Assembly: GCA_019112735.1 (NCBI GenBank)
Contig: DXIS01000033.1
Span: forward strand, 18,586-82,585
DNA: 64,000 nt
DNA from: Candidatus Mediterraneibacter guildfordensis
Lineage (GTDB): Bacteria > Bacillota > Clostridia > Lachnospirales > Lachnospiraceae
Reading direction: 5' to 3'
The notes below the pieces were generated by a model. The model was given only the letters and a program-made list of their open reading frames with translations. It was not told where the DNA came from and searched no databases. Shown piece by piece: positions 46,905 through 56,945 of the stretch (position 1 is its first letter; every line of letters begins with the position of its first letter). Both the position numbers and the translations under genes were made by a program.

Positions 46905-48803
46905 CTAATGTCCTGAATACTGCAGCATCCAGAACGAATTCAAAATATTGATCAGCATAACGACCATATCGGCTATGATCGCATTCTGCATTGTTACAAA
47001 TCCGAAAAACGCCATGATGACCAGCAGCACTTTCATGCCGATGGCGAAGACCATGTTCTGCTTTACGGAACGGAGCGTCGCCTTTGCAATACGGATCGCA
47101 TTGATGATCCTGGACGGCTCATCCTTCATCAGAATAATGTCCGCCGCCTCAAGCGCCGCATCCGCGCCGAGGCCGCCCATCGCGATACCGATATCAGCCA
47201 GCGAAAGGACCGGCGCGTCGTTAATGCCATCCCCGACAAATGCCATCTTCTCGCCTTCCAGCTGATTCTCCCGAAATTCTTCAAGAAGGCTTACTTTATG
47301 CTCCGGCATCAGTTCGGAATATACGCTTTCGATCTTCAGCCTGGAGGCTACAGCCTCAGCCGCGCGTTCATTGTCGCCCGTAAACATTACGGTGCCCAGA
47401 TTTTTCTTTCTCATCCACTGGATCAGCCTGAACGCATCCTTCCGGATCACATCCGAGATGAGGATGTATCCGGCATATTCTCCGTCCGCCGCGATATAGA
47501 CAACAGTTCCCGCTTTTTTGACCGGTTTGTAGAAAATCCCCTGCCGGTTCATCAGACGGGTGTTCCCGACATACACATCTTTCCCGTCCACGCATGCATG
47601 CACGCCGTATCCCGGCTGTTCTTCAATATCCGTCACACGGGAGCGGTCCAGTTCTTTTCCGTACGCCTCGCTGAGCGACAGCGCGATCGGATGGTTTGAA
47701 TAGGATTCCGCAAGCACGGCGATCTCAAGAAGTTCCTCTTTCTCCATTTTATGGGGAACGATCTCTCTTACATGGAACACGCCTTCCGTCAACGTTCCGG
47801 TTTTATCAAATACAAATGTATCTACATTCGTCAGTTCTTCAAGGTAGGCTCCGCCCTTGATGAGCACGCCCTGCTTGGACGCGGCTCCGATCCCGCCCAG
47901 GAATGCCATCGGGATGGATACCATCAGACCGCACGGGCAGGCCGCCACAAGAATGATGAGCCCCCGGTAGATCCACTCGGTACTTGACTCGATAAACATC
48001 ATCGGCGGCAGAAGGACCGTCAGCAGCGCGATCAGGATCACGATCGGCGTATAGAATCTGGTAAACTTCGCGGCAAAATGTACGCTGTCCGCTTTGTTCT
48101 CATTGGCGCTTTCCACCATGCGCATGATCCTGGCAGCCGTGGAATCATTGTAAAGCTTTTTCACCCGGGCTTCCAGCACGCCGTTCATATTAATGCTTCC
48201 GCTGTATAACCGGTCGCCGGTCTTGACAGCCCTCGGTTCGGATTCTCCGGTGAGGGCCTTAGTATCGATCGTACCGCTTCCCTGGGTAACGACGCAGTCC
48301 ACCGGGATCTTCTCGCCGGGCCGCAGGACGATGATCTGCTTTAATTCCAGTTCCTGCGGAGGGACGATCTTCTCCTTATTGCCCACTTTCAGGTTCGCGT
48401 ACTCCGGCCGGATGTCGATAAACTCTGCGATGGATTTCTTCGTCCTTCCAAGAGACAGCTCCTCCACGAACTTGCCGACCTGGTAAAACAGCATCGCAGC
48501 CACCGCTTCCTTATGTCTTCCGATAAAGAAGGCCCCCAGTGTTGCAATGATCATCAGCAGGTTTTCATCTATAAACTGCTTTTTTCTGATCTTCTTCAGC
48601 TGCTCCCAGTATGTAGTCGCCGCCAGCGCGGCATATGCCAGGAAAAACAGCACGGTCTCCGCGACCTCCGGAACCGTCCAGTAAGAAGTTGCCGCCCATG
48701 CAATAATATAGAGCAGAACACCTGCCCCGATCTCAATCCCTTTTTTTCTTGCCTCTTCAGTCATTCTCTCATTCCTTCGGCTTTCGTAAACTTTTTCTTC
48801 CAT
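46905..48803 (-). CDS. Heavy-metal P1B-type ATPase (CadA/ZntA-like) without N-terminal metal-binding domain
   Basis: LTGES, ACPC, DKTGTLT, SNHP, TGDN, GDGIND. Confidence 0.92.
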   Translation of the reverse strand: MEEKVYESRRNERMTEEARKKGIEIGAGVLLYIIAWAATSYWTVPEVAETVLFFLAYAALAATTYWEQLKKIRKKQFIDENLLMIIATLGAFFIGRHKEAVAAMLFYQVGKFVEELSLGRTKKSIAEFIDIRPEYANLKVGNKEKIVPPQELELKQIIVLRPGEKIPVDCVVTQGSGTIDTKALTGESEPRAVKTGDRLYSGSINMNGVLEARVKKLYNDSTAARIMRMVESANENKADSVHFAAKFTRFYTPIVILIALLTVLLPPMMFIESSTEWIYRGLIILVAACPCGLMVSIPMAFLGGIGAASKQGVLIKGGAYLEELTNVDTFVFDKTGTLTEGVFHVREIVPHKMEKEELLEIAVLAESYSNHPIALSLSEAYGKELDRSRVTDIEEQPGYGVHACVDGKDVYVGNTRLMNRQGIFYKPVKKAGTVVYIAADGEYAGYILISDVIRKDAFRLIQWMRKKNLGTVMFTGDNERAAEAVASRLKIESVYSELMPEHKVSLLEEFRENQLEGEKMAFVGDGINDAPVLSLADIGIAMGGLGADAALEAADIILMKDEPSRIINAIRIAKATLRSVKQNMVFAIGMKVLLVIMAFFGFVTMQNAIIADMVVMLINILNSFWMLQYSGH

Positions 48804-48971
48804 ACAGTATAGCGAAAATATCCGGAAGCATCAATACATTTTACCCCTGACAGACAAATATTAAGAAAAATTAACATCTTATACCATGATTTGGCATTTC
48901 ACTGCATACAAATATGTGCTACAATGAACACAATTCAATTTATCGCTTTAACACAAAAAAGGAGGTGGCTC

Positions 48972-50117
48972 ATGGCGAAATTACGATGCCGCCTTTGCGG
49001 CGGCAAACTGGTCAATAACCGGTGCACCTTCTGCGGGCTGGACAATTCATGCTATGACCGCGACCGCACGTACCAGAAAACCTTTTCCGACCAGCGCCGG
49101 GTCGAACGGAGTGCCGAGCGGGGTACACCCGCACAGCCTGTTCAACAGCCTGTACAGCCGCAGCCCGTGCAGAAGCAGCCCGTACAGAAGCAGCCTGTAC
49201 GCCAGGGATCCGTACGGCCGGCCATGCCGGCGAAAACCGCTTCGGACCCCCGCTCCGTTTACAGAAAAACGGGAGCTCCCGCTCCAAAGAAGTCCGGATG
49301 GATCGCATGGATAACGATACTTATCATAATCCTGTGCGCTTTCATCTCATTTCTGAGCAGCGGCGGCTTCACCCTGCCCGACAGCTTCGGCTCCATCACA
49401 TCTGACGGAACATACAGCGATCCGTCAGGGGAATCCATTGACTGGGATCCCTACACCGGGGTCACAAGAGATATCCCGGCGGACGGGGAAACTTATGAGA
49501 CCGTCCTTGGAACAGGCGCATACAAAACAGGGATCCATCTGCCGGAAGGCGTCTACCGGGCGGAACTTCTGGCCGGCTCGGGAAGCGTCAGTATATCGGA
49601 CCGTGAGAACAGTATTTACATCCACAATTATTTCGGCACCGAAGAAGAATATGATGAAATCGCAGAGATGGATGACCTCCGGCTGTACAACGGTGCAGAC
49701 CTGGATGTGGGGGAAGGCGTTCTGGTCCGGCTGACCACGGACAACGCCCAGCCGCTGACTGCCGAACCGTATCCTGCCGGATCAGCAGATACATATTCCC
49801 TGCCTGAAGGCGAATACCGGGCGGGGACCGGCGCTTCGGAGATCCCCGAAGGGATCTATGACATCTCCATCGCTGAAGACGAAAGCGATCCCTTCGGATA
49901 TGCCAGCATTACCCTGCTCTATCCGAACGGTTTATCCGGATATTACTGGGCGGACTCGCCTGCGCTGGCCACAGATGCCGAAGGTTATACATCCGCGGGC
50001 GTAAAGAATGTCGTCATCCCCGACGGCACGGAAATCTCCGTCACATACGGAGACATCGTCCTGACGCCCGGGCAGGCATGTTATGATGTGGACTATACAG
50101 ATTATCCGCAGCAGTAA
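48972..50117 (+). CDS. Zinc-ribbon, single-TM protein with duplicated acidic extracellular beta-domains
   Basis: CRLCG..CTFCG, QPV-repeat linker, TM WIAWITILIIILCAFI, two G.Y..G..(L/I)PEG.Y units; GGAGG RBS. Confidence 0.78.
   Translation: MAKLRCRLCGGKLVNNRCTFCGLDNSCYDRDRTYQKTFSDQRRVERSAERGTPAQPVQQPVQPQPVQKQPVQKQPVRQGSVRPAMPAKTASDPRSVYRKTGAPAPKKSGWIAWITILIIILCAFISFLSSGGFTLPDSFGSITSDGTYSDPSGESIDWDPYTGVTRDIPADGETYETVLGTGAYKTGIHLPEGVYRAELLAGSGSVSISDRENSIYIHNYFGTEEEYDEIAEMDDLRLYNGADLDVGEGVLVRLTTDNAQPLTAEPYPAGSADTYSLPEGEYRAGTGASEIPEGIYDISIAEDESDPFGYASITLLYPNGLSGYYWADSPALATDAEGYTSAGVKNVVIPDGTEISVTYGDIVLTPGQACYDVDYTDYPQQ
49134..49205 (+). repeat. Coding tandem repeat of ~15 bp (CAGCCYGTRCAGAAG), about 5 units
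   Basis: cagcctgttcaa cagcctgtacagccg cagcccgtgcagaag cagcccgtacagaag cagcctgtacgccag. Confidence 0.8.
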
Positions 50118-50144
50118 AGAGCGCTGCGAGAAAGGAGGGGTTTC

Positions 50145-50621
50145 ATGAATGCAGATATCATCACGCTTTCGCCGGAGTCGCTCAACCTGATCTGGCTGAT
50201 CCTGTTCGTGGTCCTGCTGGTGATCGAACTGCTGACCGTAGGGCTGACCACCATCTGGTTCGCCGCCGGTTCACTGGCCGCATTTCTGGCCGACTGTCTC
50301 GGCGCAGGACTGCCTGTGCAGATCATTGTCTTTCTGGCAGTATCCTGCATCCTGCTGATCTTCACCCGGCCCTGGGCGCTGAAACACGTCAACCGGAAGC
50401 GGATCAGGACAAATTACGAGAGTGAGATCGGCAAGGTCATCCTCATCACCGAGAAAGTAGACAATATGAACCAGACCGGCAAGAGTATGGTGGACGGGCA
50501 GGAATGGACCGTGCGTTCCAGAGACGACTCGGACATCCTGGAAGCCGGCACAAAAGCTAAAGTCGTCGATATCTCCGGCGTAAAACTGATCGTAGAAAAA
50601 TATAAGGAGGATTCTGTATGA
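50145..50621 (+). CDS. NfeD family protein
   Basis: N-terminal TMs, OB-fold G..VDGQEWTVRS..VVDISGVKLIV; upstream of SPFH gene. Confidence 0.92.
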   Translation: MNADIITLSPESLNLIWLILFVVLLVIELLTVGLTTIWFAAGSLAAFLADCLGAGLPVQIIVFLAVSCILLIFTRPWALKHVNRKRIRTNYESEIGKVILITEKVDNMNQTGKSMVDGQEWTVRSRDDSDILEAGTKAKVVDISGVKLIVEKYKEDSV

Positions 50622-51574
50622 ATTCAATCATTGTCAGCCTTGGAGGCATCATTTTCATTGTAATCCTGGTCATCCTCGTACTGATCCTGATCTCCTGCGT
50701 GAAGATCGTTCATCAGGCGCAGGCTGTTGTCGTCGAACGGCTCGGCGCATACCTGACCACCTGGAACACGGGACTCCACTTCAAGATCCCGATCATCGAC
50801 CGCGTGGCACGCAGGATCGACCTGAAAGAACAGGTCGTTGATTTCCCGCCGCAGCCGGTCATCACGGAAGACAACGTAACCATGCAGATCGATACCGTTA
50901 TCTTCTATCAGATCACGGACCCGAAAATGTTCTGCTACGGCGTGGCAAGCCCCATCATCGCCATCGAAAACCTGACGGCGACCACGCTCCGTAATATCAT
51001 CGGCGATCTGGAACTGGACCAGACGCTCACCTCCCGCGAGACGATCAATACGAAAATGCGGGCGGAACTGGACCGTGCGACCGACGCCTGGGGCATCAAA
51101 GTAAACCGGGTCGAACTCAAGAACATCATCCCGCCGACCGCGATCCGCGACGCGATGGAGAAACAGATGAAAGCAGAACGTGAGAGACGTGAAGCCATCC
51201 TCCGCGCAGAAGGCGAGAAAAAATCCACCGTCCTTGTTGCCGAAGGCCAGAAAGAATCCGTGATCCTCGAGGCGGAAGCGGCGAAACAGGCGGCGATCCT
51301 GAAAGCCGAGGCCGAAAAAGAGAAAATGATCAAAGAAGCTGAAGGTCAGGCAGAAGCGATCCTGAAAGTCCAGCAGGCGACCGCCGACGGCCTGAAATTC
51401 ATCAAAGAGGCCGGCGCCGACCAGTCCGTCCTGACACTCAAGAGCCTGGAGGCATTCGAGAAAGCAGCCGACGGCAAAGCCACCAAGATCATCATTCCCT
51501 CCGAGATACAGGGAATCGCTGGGCTTGTAAAATCCATCACAGAAGTGGCGGAAGACAGCGAAAAGAAACAGTAA
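50618..51574 (+). CDS. SPFH/band-7 (QmcA/stomatin-like) protein
   Basis: VVERLG, PQPVITEDNV, TTLRNIIG, WGIKVNRVE, QMKAERERR. Confidence 0.94.
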   Translation: MNSIIVSLGGIIFIVILVILVLILISCVKIVHQAQAVVVERLGAYLTTWNTGLHFKIPIIDRVARRIDLKEQVVDFPPQPVITEDNVTMQIDTVIFYQITDPKMFCYGVASPIIAIENLTATTLRNIIGDLELDQTLTSRETINTKMRAELDRATDAWGIKVNRVELKNIIPPTAIRDAMEKQMKAERERREAILRAEGEKKSTVLVAEGQKESVILEAEAAKQAAILKAEAEKEKMIKEAEGQAEAILKVQQATADGLKFIKEAGADQSVLTLKSLEAFEKAADGKATKIIIPSEIQGIAGLVKSITEVAEDSEKKQ

Positions 51575-51580
51575 CGGACA

Positions 51581-51620
51581 AGGCCGCCTGCACGGTTCGT
51601 GCAGGCGGCCTGTATTTTTT
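51581..51620 (+). terminator. Intrinsic terminator
   Basis: AGGCCGCCTGCACG-GTT-CGTGCAGGCGGCCT then T-run. Confidence 0.85.
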
Positions 51621-52365
51621 ACTGATTATTCTGTAGTCTGGGCTGTTCTTTCCGGTTCCCGATCACATGATCCAGCACATCATCCATATTGTCTCTGTTC
51701 TGCTGGTGTGCGATGCATTCCTGGATCGCCTCGTTGAGCGAGAGCATCTTCTCATCCAGTTCCGAAACCATCTTCGCGCATTCCCGCAGGTCGCGGCTAA
51801 TATATTCCGGCGCATTTCCTTCAAACTTATAATAGATCTTGTGCTCCAGGCTGGCCCAGAAATCCATGGCGATCGTGCGGATCTGGATCTCTACCTTCGT
51901 ATCCACCACACTGTCCGACAGGAAGATCGGAACCGACACGAGCATGTGATAACTCTTGTAGCCGCTCTCCTTCGGATTCTTGATATAATCCTTGATCGAG
52001 AGGACTTTCAGATCGCTCTGGTTGCCGATCATCTCCGCCAGCCGGTAGATATCTGACGTAAAGGAACAGATCAGCCGGACGCCTGCTATATCGTTGATAT
52101 AGCGTACCATATTTTCGATCGACGTCTCATATCCATAGCGTTTCAGCTTCTTGACGATGCTTTCAGGAGTCTTGATCCTTGTCTTGATATGTTCGATCGG
52201 ATTGTACTGATGTACGTGCTGAAATTCATCGTTCAGAATCTCCAGCTTTGTACCAACTTCCTTCAAAGCTGCATTATAAAGAAATATAACTGTCTTCCAA
52301 CTGTCGACATCCTCGTAGCTCTTCAGCGCAGCTTCAACCTCTTGTTTGCCTTTCATCGCGGACAT
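51619..52365 (-). CDS. Small alarmone synthetase (RelQ/YjbM-like GTP pyrophosphokinase)
   Basis: RIKTPESI..K, DIAGVR, KESGYKSYH, EIQIRTIAMDFWASLEH. Confidence 0.93.
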   Translation of the reverse strand: MSAMKGKQEVEAALKSYEDVDSWKTVIFLYNAALKEVGTKLEILNDEFQHVHQYNPIEHIKTRIKTPESIVKKLKRYGYETSIENMVRYINDIAGVRLICSFTSDIYRLAEMIGNQSDLKVLSIKDYIKNPKESGYKSYHMLVSVPIFLSDSVVDTKVEIQIRTIAMDFWASLEHKIYYKFEGNAPEYISRDLRECAKMVSELDEKMLSLNEAIQECIAHQQNRDNMDDVLDHVIGNRKEQPRLQNNQ

Positions 52366-52479
52366 CCCCCATTGGTTATTTGCTTTTTCAAGTATACCAT
52401 ATTTTGTATTTAGTGTTAACCGAGTTCACTCTTTTTTAATGATTATTTAAGATTGTCCGCTCCGCTTTTTAATGAAGAT

Positions 52480-53532
52480 CTAATCCAGTTTCATATCCCC
52501 GAAACGGATCCACTTCTTCTTTCTCATGAACTCTGAGATCAGAAGCGTCACGACCGCCGGAAGGATAAACTGGATGAGCAGGATCTTGACGAGCACGATC
52601 ATCTCCGGCTCTGTCTGCGTCATAACCTGCCAGGTCATCAGCGGCCCTACAAGCCCGGCCGTTCCCATGCCTGATCCGGTAGCGTTATTAGTCATATGTA
52701 ATACCATCGTTCCGACCGGTCCCAGGATCGCACTGGAGAGGATCGCCGGGATCCAGATCTGCGGATGGCGCACAATATTCGGCACCTGGAGCATGGACGT
52801 CCCGATGCCCTGGGAAAGAAGTCCCCCGATCTTATTCTCCCGGAAGCTTGCTACCGCAAAGCCGATCATATTGCAGCAGCATCCGACCGTTGCCGCGCCC
52901 GCCGCCAGGCCGGACAGATTCAGGATCACGCCCAGTGCAGCCGAACTGATCGGCAGCGTCAGGATCATTCCCATCAGCACAGACACGACGATCCCCATGA
53001 CGAACGGCTGCTGCTCTGTTCCCCAGTTAATGAGCGAACCGAGCCATGCCATGAATCCGGAGATCGGCGGTCCCACCAGCAGGCCCACAACCGATCCGAC
53101 GGCAATGCATACAAGCGGCGTCAGGATGATATCCAGCTTCGTCTTCCCGGAGACCAGAAGCCCGATCTCAATGGACACGTATGCCGCCACAAAAGCGCCC
53201 AGCGGTTCCCCCGGCCCGGACAGCACGAGTGCGCCGTCAACCATGATCTCACCGGACATAATATCCCCGGCAAACGCGCCGATCAGTCCCACGACTGCCG
53301 CCGACACGATCACCAGATGCCCTGCATCAAGTTTGCGCGCCACACCCGCGCCGATGCCAGCGCCGGTGAGCCCTGCAGCGACCTTGCCCAGCGTAAAGAT
53401 CAGATCGCCGATATTCCCGCCGCAGTATGTACCGATCTGCTGGATGATCGTACCGATGATCAGCGTTGCAAAAAGGCCCTGGGCCATGCCCGTCAGGCCG
53501 TCAATAAATATCCTGTCCAGAAATTTCTTCAT
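52480..53532 (-). CDS. PTS IIC-like (PfoR-family) membrane protein
   Basis: GMAQGLFATLIIG, GEPLGA, LPISSAA, GIGTSMLQ, SGMGTAGLVG; no IIA/IIB partners nearby. Confidence 0.85.
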   Translation of the reverse strand: MKKFLDRIFIDGLTGMAQGLFATLIIGTIIQQIGTYCGGNIGDLIFTLGKVAAGLTGAGIGAGVARKLDAGHLVIVSAAVVGLIGAFAGDIMSGEIMVDGALVLSGPGEPLGAFVAAYVSIEIGLLVSGKTKLDIILTPLVCIAVGSVVGLLVGPPISGFMAWLGSLINWGTEQQPFVMGIVVSVLMGMILTLPISSAALGVILNLSGLAAGAATVGCCCNMIGFAVASFRENKIGGLLSQGIGTSMLQVPNIVRHPQIWIPAILSSAILGPVGTMVLHMTNNATGSGMGTAGLVGPLMTWQVMTQTEPEMIVLVKILLIQFILPAVVTLLISEFMRKKKWIRFGDMKLD

Positions 53533-53942
53533 ATGTTTTCACCCTCCACTATGTGCTCTGCACATTTCCGGAACTCATACAACAGATCTATATACTCGTG
53601 AATAATCCTTTGACAATACTCTTTCACGATCACTCCGTCATAGTCATGCGACAACTGATTGCGTACCTTCAGCATTTCCATCCATATATCATCGGAGATC
53701 AGCTCTGCCTTATATGCTGCCCGAAGCACCTCACGGGGTGAACCGGCTATAAAATCCGTGATCGCATAACACTGAACAAGAATATCTTTCATAACCTTCC
53801 AGGCAAGATCAAAGGTAATGCTGAACTTTGCACTTGTCCCACTTAAAACAAACGAATCCGACAGGTCACGTTCCCGTGCTTCCGCAAGAGATTCCAGCGA
53901 ACGCGTAAACGATTCCCATCTTTTCTCAAATTTTGCGTCCAT
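53529..53942 (-). CDS. HEPN-domain toxin (HI0074-like nucleotidyltransferase substrate-binding family)
   Basis: FDLAWKVMK, SPREVLR, RNQLSHDY (Rx4HxY). Confidence 0.88.
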   Translation of the reverse strand: MDAKFEKRWESFTRSLESLAEARERDLSDSFVLSGTSAKFSITFDLAWKVMKDILVQCYAITDFIAGSPREVLRAAYKAELISDDIWMEMLKVRNQLSHDYDGVIVKEYCQRIIHEYIDLLYEFRKCAEHIVEGENI

Positions 53943-54216
53943 ACTTTTTTATATCCTCCAGAATCAACTCATTTCCACATGTGTCCATATTGAGCAGATC
54001 GATCGTATACAGGGTCTGAATCGCGTCCACAGCATCCAGCAGCGAATCAAAATCATCAACTCCGGATACTGCTATGTCTATGTCGCTTCGCTCAAGCGCC
54101 GTCCCCTTTGCCCGGGAACCGAACAGAATAATCTGTTCCGCATGATATTTCTCACAAAGCTCTTTTATGTTCTGTAATACCATATCAACTGTCATAAAGC
54201 CCACTCTCCCTGCCAT
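53926..54216 (-). CDS. Minimal nucleotidyltransferase (MNT) antitoxin; alternative start 54195
   Basis: LFGSRAKG....SDIDIAV (GSx10DxD), IDLL. Confidence 0.9.
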   Translation of the reverse strand: MAGRVGFMTVDMVLQNIKELCEKYHAEQIILFGSRAKGTALERSDIDIAVSGVDDFDSLLDAVDAIQTLYTIDLLNMDTCGNELILEDIKKYGRKI

Positions 54217-54342
54217 ACTCCTTTAATAATATAGCAGAAAGTATATTCCCACACAACCTTACAAATGCGGTTTTTTTGAATGACTTTTCCGCTGTCCTGT
54301 GCTAAAATAGCATCTGTGACAGGATGAAAGGAGCCGTGAAAA

Positions 54343-54606
54343 ATGTTCCGTTTATGGGGAAAAGAATTTAAAGACAACCGAATGCTGAGAGATACCGTGA
54401 TCTGTGATGACACAGACGACACCCGCACACATAAGATCTTCAATGCGCTGGATCAGATCTGCTACGAATTCGACCTGAGTAAGCCGATCTGGCTTGATGT
54501 CACCATCAATGAATTCAAGCGCCATGCGAAGGCGCGGTTCTATCAGGACAGCTTCGTGGATTCCATTGATTTTGATTATCTGGAAATACAGGTGATAGAA
54601 GAATAG
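54343..54606 (+). CDS. Small hypothetical protein
   Basis: AAAGGAG RBS, downstream terminator, plausible globular composition (FDLSKPIW, FDYLEIQVIEE). Confidence 0.8.
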   Translation: MFRLWGKEFKDNRMLRDTVICDDTDDTRTHKIFNALDQICYEFDLSKPIWLDVTINEFKRHAKARFYQDSFVDSIDFDYLEIQVIEE

Positions 54607-54618
54607 CCATACAGTATC

Positions 54619-54662
54619 AAAAAAGCCGGGAGCGCTGATTTTTCAACGCTTCCGGCTCTTTT
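54619..54662. terminator. Bidirectional terminator between the small ORF and the tRNA
   Basis: AAAAAAGCCGGGAGCG...CGCTTCCGGCTCTTTT. Confidence 0.75.
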
Positions 54663-54664
54663 CA

Positions 54665-54735
54665 AGCAGATGACGGGAATCGAACCCGCCTCGCCAGCTT
54701 GGGAAGCTGGAGTTCTACCGATGAACTACATCTGC
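54665..54735 (-). tRNA. tRNA-Gly (CCC), CCA not encoded
   Basis: GCAGATG/CATCTGC acceptor stem, CCAGC-TTCCCAA-GCTGG anticodon arm, GGTTCGATTCC T-arm; promoter TTGCAT-N17-TATAAT at 54779-54751. Confidence 0.96.
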
Positions 54736-54787
54736 ATCTGCACGTTATGAATTATAACGCGCTTTTCTCTAAAATGCAAGACCTTTC

Positions 54788-55456
54788 TCAGTCGATCTGC
54801 CAGTCGATCGGTTCGATCCCGTGACTCTCCAGGAACTCATTCGTCTTGCTGAACGGCCTGCTGCCGAAAAATCCTCTGTACGCTGAGAGCGGGCTCGGAT
54901 GAGGCGCCGTCAGGATGAGGTGCTTCGGATTGTTCAGCATGGCTTTCTTGCGCTGGGCGGGACTTCCCCACAGGATGAACACGATAGGCCGGTCCTGGCT
55001 GTTGAGCGCCATGATCGCCGCATCCGTGAATTCTTCCCAGCCGATCCCCCGGTGGGAGTTGGCCTGATGGGCCCGCACGGTCAGAACCGTATTGAGCATC
55101 AGCACGCCCTGCTCCGCCCATTTTGTCAGGCAGCCGTGGCTTGGGATCGTGCAACCCAGGTCGTCGTGCAGCTCCTGATAGATATTCACCAGTGAAGGCG
55201 GGATGTCCACGCCTTTTTTCACCGAGAAGCAGAGCCCGTGGGCCTGACCGTTATTGTGATACGGATCCTGTCCCAGGATCACCACTTTCACCTTTTTCAG
55301 CGGTGTCAGATGAAAAGCATTGAAAATATCATCCGCCGGCGGAAAGATCAGCCGCGTCCTGTATTCCTGATTGACTGTCTCAAACAGTTTCTTATAATAA
55401 GGTTTTGCAAATTCTCCTTTCAGCGCTTCGTACCAGTCGCCGTTCAGTCCTGCCAT
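54788..55456 (-). CDS. ung: Uracil-DNA glycosylase
   Basis: GQDPYH, PPSL.NI, HPSPLS. Confidence 0.97.
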   Translation of the reverse strand: MAGLNGDWYEALKGEFAKPYYKKLFETVNQEYRTRLIFPPADDIFNAFHLTPLKKVKVVILGQDPYHNNGQAHGLCFSVKKGVDIPPSLVNIYQELHDDLGCTIPSHGCLTKWAEQGVLMLNTVLTVRAHQANSHRGIGWEEFTDAAIMALNSQDRPIVFILWGSPAQRKKAMLNNPKHLILTAPHPSPLSAYRGFFGSRPFSKTNEFLESHGIEPIDWQID

Positions 55457-55510
55457 AACCGCATTCTCCTTCTTTCACATTCTTACGCCCGCCCGGACCG
55501 GCGGGTATGT

Positions 55511-56272
55511 CTACAGCCGCACCGGAACGCCTTCGTCCCGGAGATATTCTTTCACCTGGCGGATCTCCAGCTCTTTATAGTGGAACAGGGATGCCGCCAG
55601 CGCCGCATCCGCCTTCCCGACGGTCAGCGCGTCTTTGAAATGCTCCAGTGTCCCTGCGCCGCCTGATGCGATGACCGGGATGGACACATGCTCCGCGATG
55701 GTTTTCGTCAGTTCCAGGTCATATCCCGCTTTCGTCCCGTCGCAGTCCATGCTGGTGAGCAGGATCTCGCCTGCGCCCAGCCGTTCCACTTTCATGGCCC
55801 ACTCCACCGCGTCGATGCCGACGTCGATGCGCCCGCCGTTTTTATAGATGTTCCAGCCGGATCCGTCCGCGCGCCGCTTGGCGTCGATGGCGACGACCAC
55901 ACACTGGCTCCCGAACTTGTCCGCCGCATCGCTGACCAGTTCCGGCGTATTGATGGCCGATGAATTGATGGAGATCTTGTCCGCCCCCTCCCGGAGGATG
56001 GCGCGGAAATCATCGACCGTGCGGATGCCTCCGCCGACCGTAAACGGGATAAACACACATTCCGCCACCTTGCGCACCATATCGATCACAGTGCGGCGCT
56101 CATCCGAGGACGCCGTGATATCCAGAAATACCAGTTCGTCCGCTCCCGCCTTATCATATGCTTTCGCGATCTCCACCGGATCGCCGGCGTCCTTGAGATC
56201 CACGAAATTCACACCTTTTACTACCCGTCCCCCGTTCACATCCAGACAGGGGATGATCCGTTTTGTAAACAT
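55511..56272 (-). CDS. hisF: Imidazole glycerol phosphate synthase cyclase subunit
   Basis: [40 protein letters not shown]. Confidence 0.97.
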   Translation of the reverse strand: MFTKRIIPCLDVNGGRVVKGVNFVDLKDAGDPVEIAKAYDKAGADELVFLDITASSDERRTVIDMVRKVAECVFIPFTVGGGIRTVDDFRAILREGADKISINSSAINTPELVSDAADKFGSQCVVVAIDAKRRADGSGWNIYKNGGRIDVGIDAVEWAMKVERLGAGEILLTSMDCDGTKAGYDLELTKTIAEHVSIPVIASGGAGTLEHFKDALTVGKADAALAASLFHYKELEIRQVKEYLRDEGVPVRL

Positions 56273-56312
56273 AGCCGTTCCCTTTCCGCTCTTGCCGCGT
56301 TCTTGCCTCGTT

Positions 56313-56918
56313 TTACAATTCCACGAAATTTTTCAGGATATGCAGTCCCACATCGCTGCTTTTCTCCGGGTGGAACTGGCACGCGAATACATTATCCTTC
56401 TCCACAGAGGCATGGATATGGGTGCAGTATTCTGTGGACGCCTTTACGATCTCTTCGTCTTCCGCCTTCAGATAATAGGAATGGACGAAGTACACATAAG
56501 CTCCTTCTCCGATCCCCCGGAACAGCCGTCCGTTGTGTTCAAGATGCAGGGAATTCCAGCCCATGTGGGGGATCTTCATCCCTTCCTGCTCCGGGATCTT
56601 CAGGATCTCCCCTTTCAGGATGCCGAGGCCTTTCACCCCCGGCGCCTCATCGCTCCGCTCAAAGAGGAGCTGCAGGCCCAGACAGATCCCGAGGAACGGA
56701 GTCCCCTTATCCACGACCTGACGGATCACTTCTTCCAGCCCCCGCTCCCGGATGGTTGCCATGGCGTCACCGAACGCCCCCACCCCGGGCAGGATCACTT
56801 TGTCCGCCGCCAGGATCTCGTCCCTGTCCCCGGTGACCTTCACATCCTGGCCCAACAGGATGAGCGCTTTCTCCACGCTCCGGATATTTCCCGCATCATA
56901 ATCAATGATCGCTATCAT
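56313..56918 (-). CDS. hisH: Imidazole glycerol phosphate synthase glutaminase subunit
   Basis: PGVGAF, GICLGLQ, PHMGWN, QFHPEKS. Confidence 0.97.
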   Translation of the reverse strand: MIAIIDYDAGNIRSVEKALILLGQDVKVTGDRDEILAADKVILPGVGAFGDAMATIRERGLEEVIRQVVDKGTPFLGICLGLQLLFERSDEAPGVKGLGILKGEILKIPEQEGMKIPHMGWNSLHLEHNGRLFRGIGEGAYVYFVHSYYLKAEDEEIVKASTEYCTHIHASVEKDNVFACQFHPEKSSDVGLHILKNFVEL

Positions 56919-56945
56919 AACTGTTCCTCCATATCCTGATCTTGC

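Noticed and set aside
54607-54745. tRNA-Gly as attachment site of an integrated element
   Set aside because: No integrase and no duplicated tRNA 3' end seen; the short CATCTGCATCTGCA duplication at the 5' end is trivial
55511-56918. hisHF separated from the rest of the his operon
   Set aside because: Split his operons are common in clostridia and both genes look canonical
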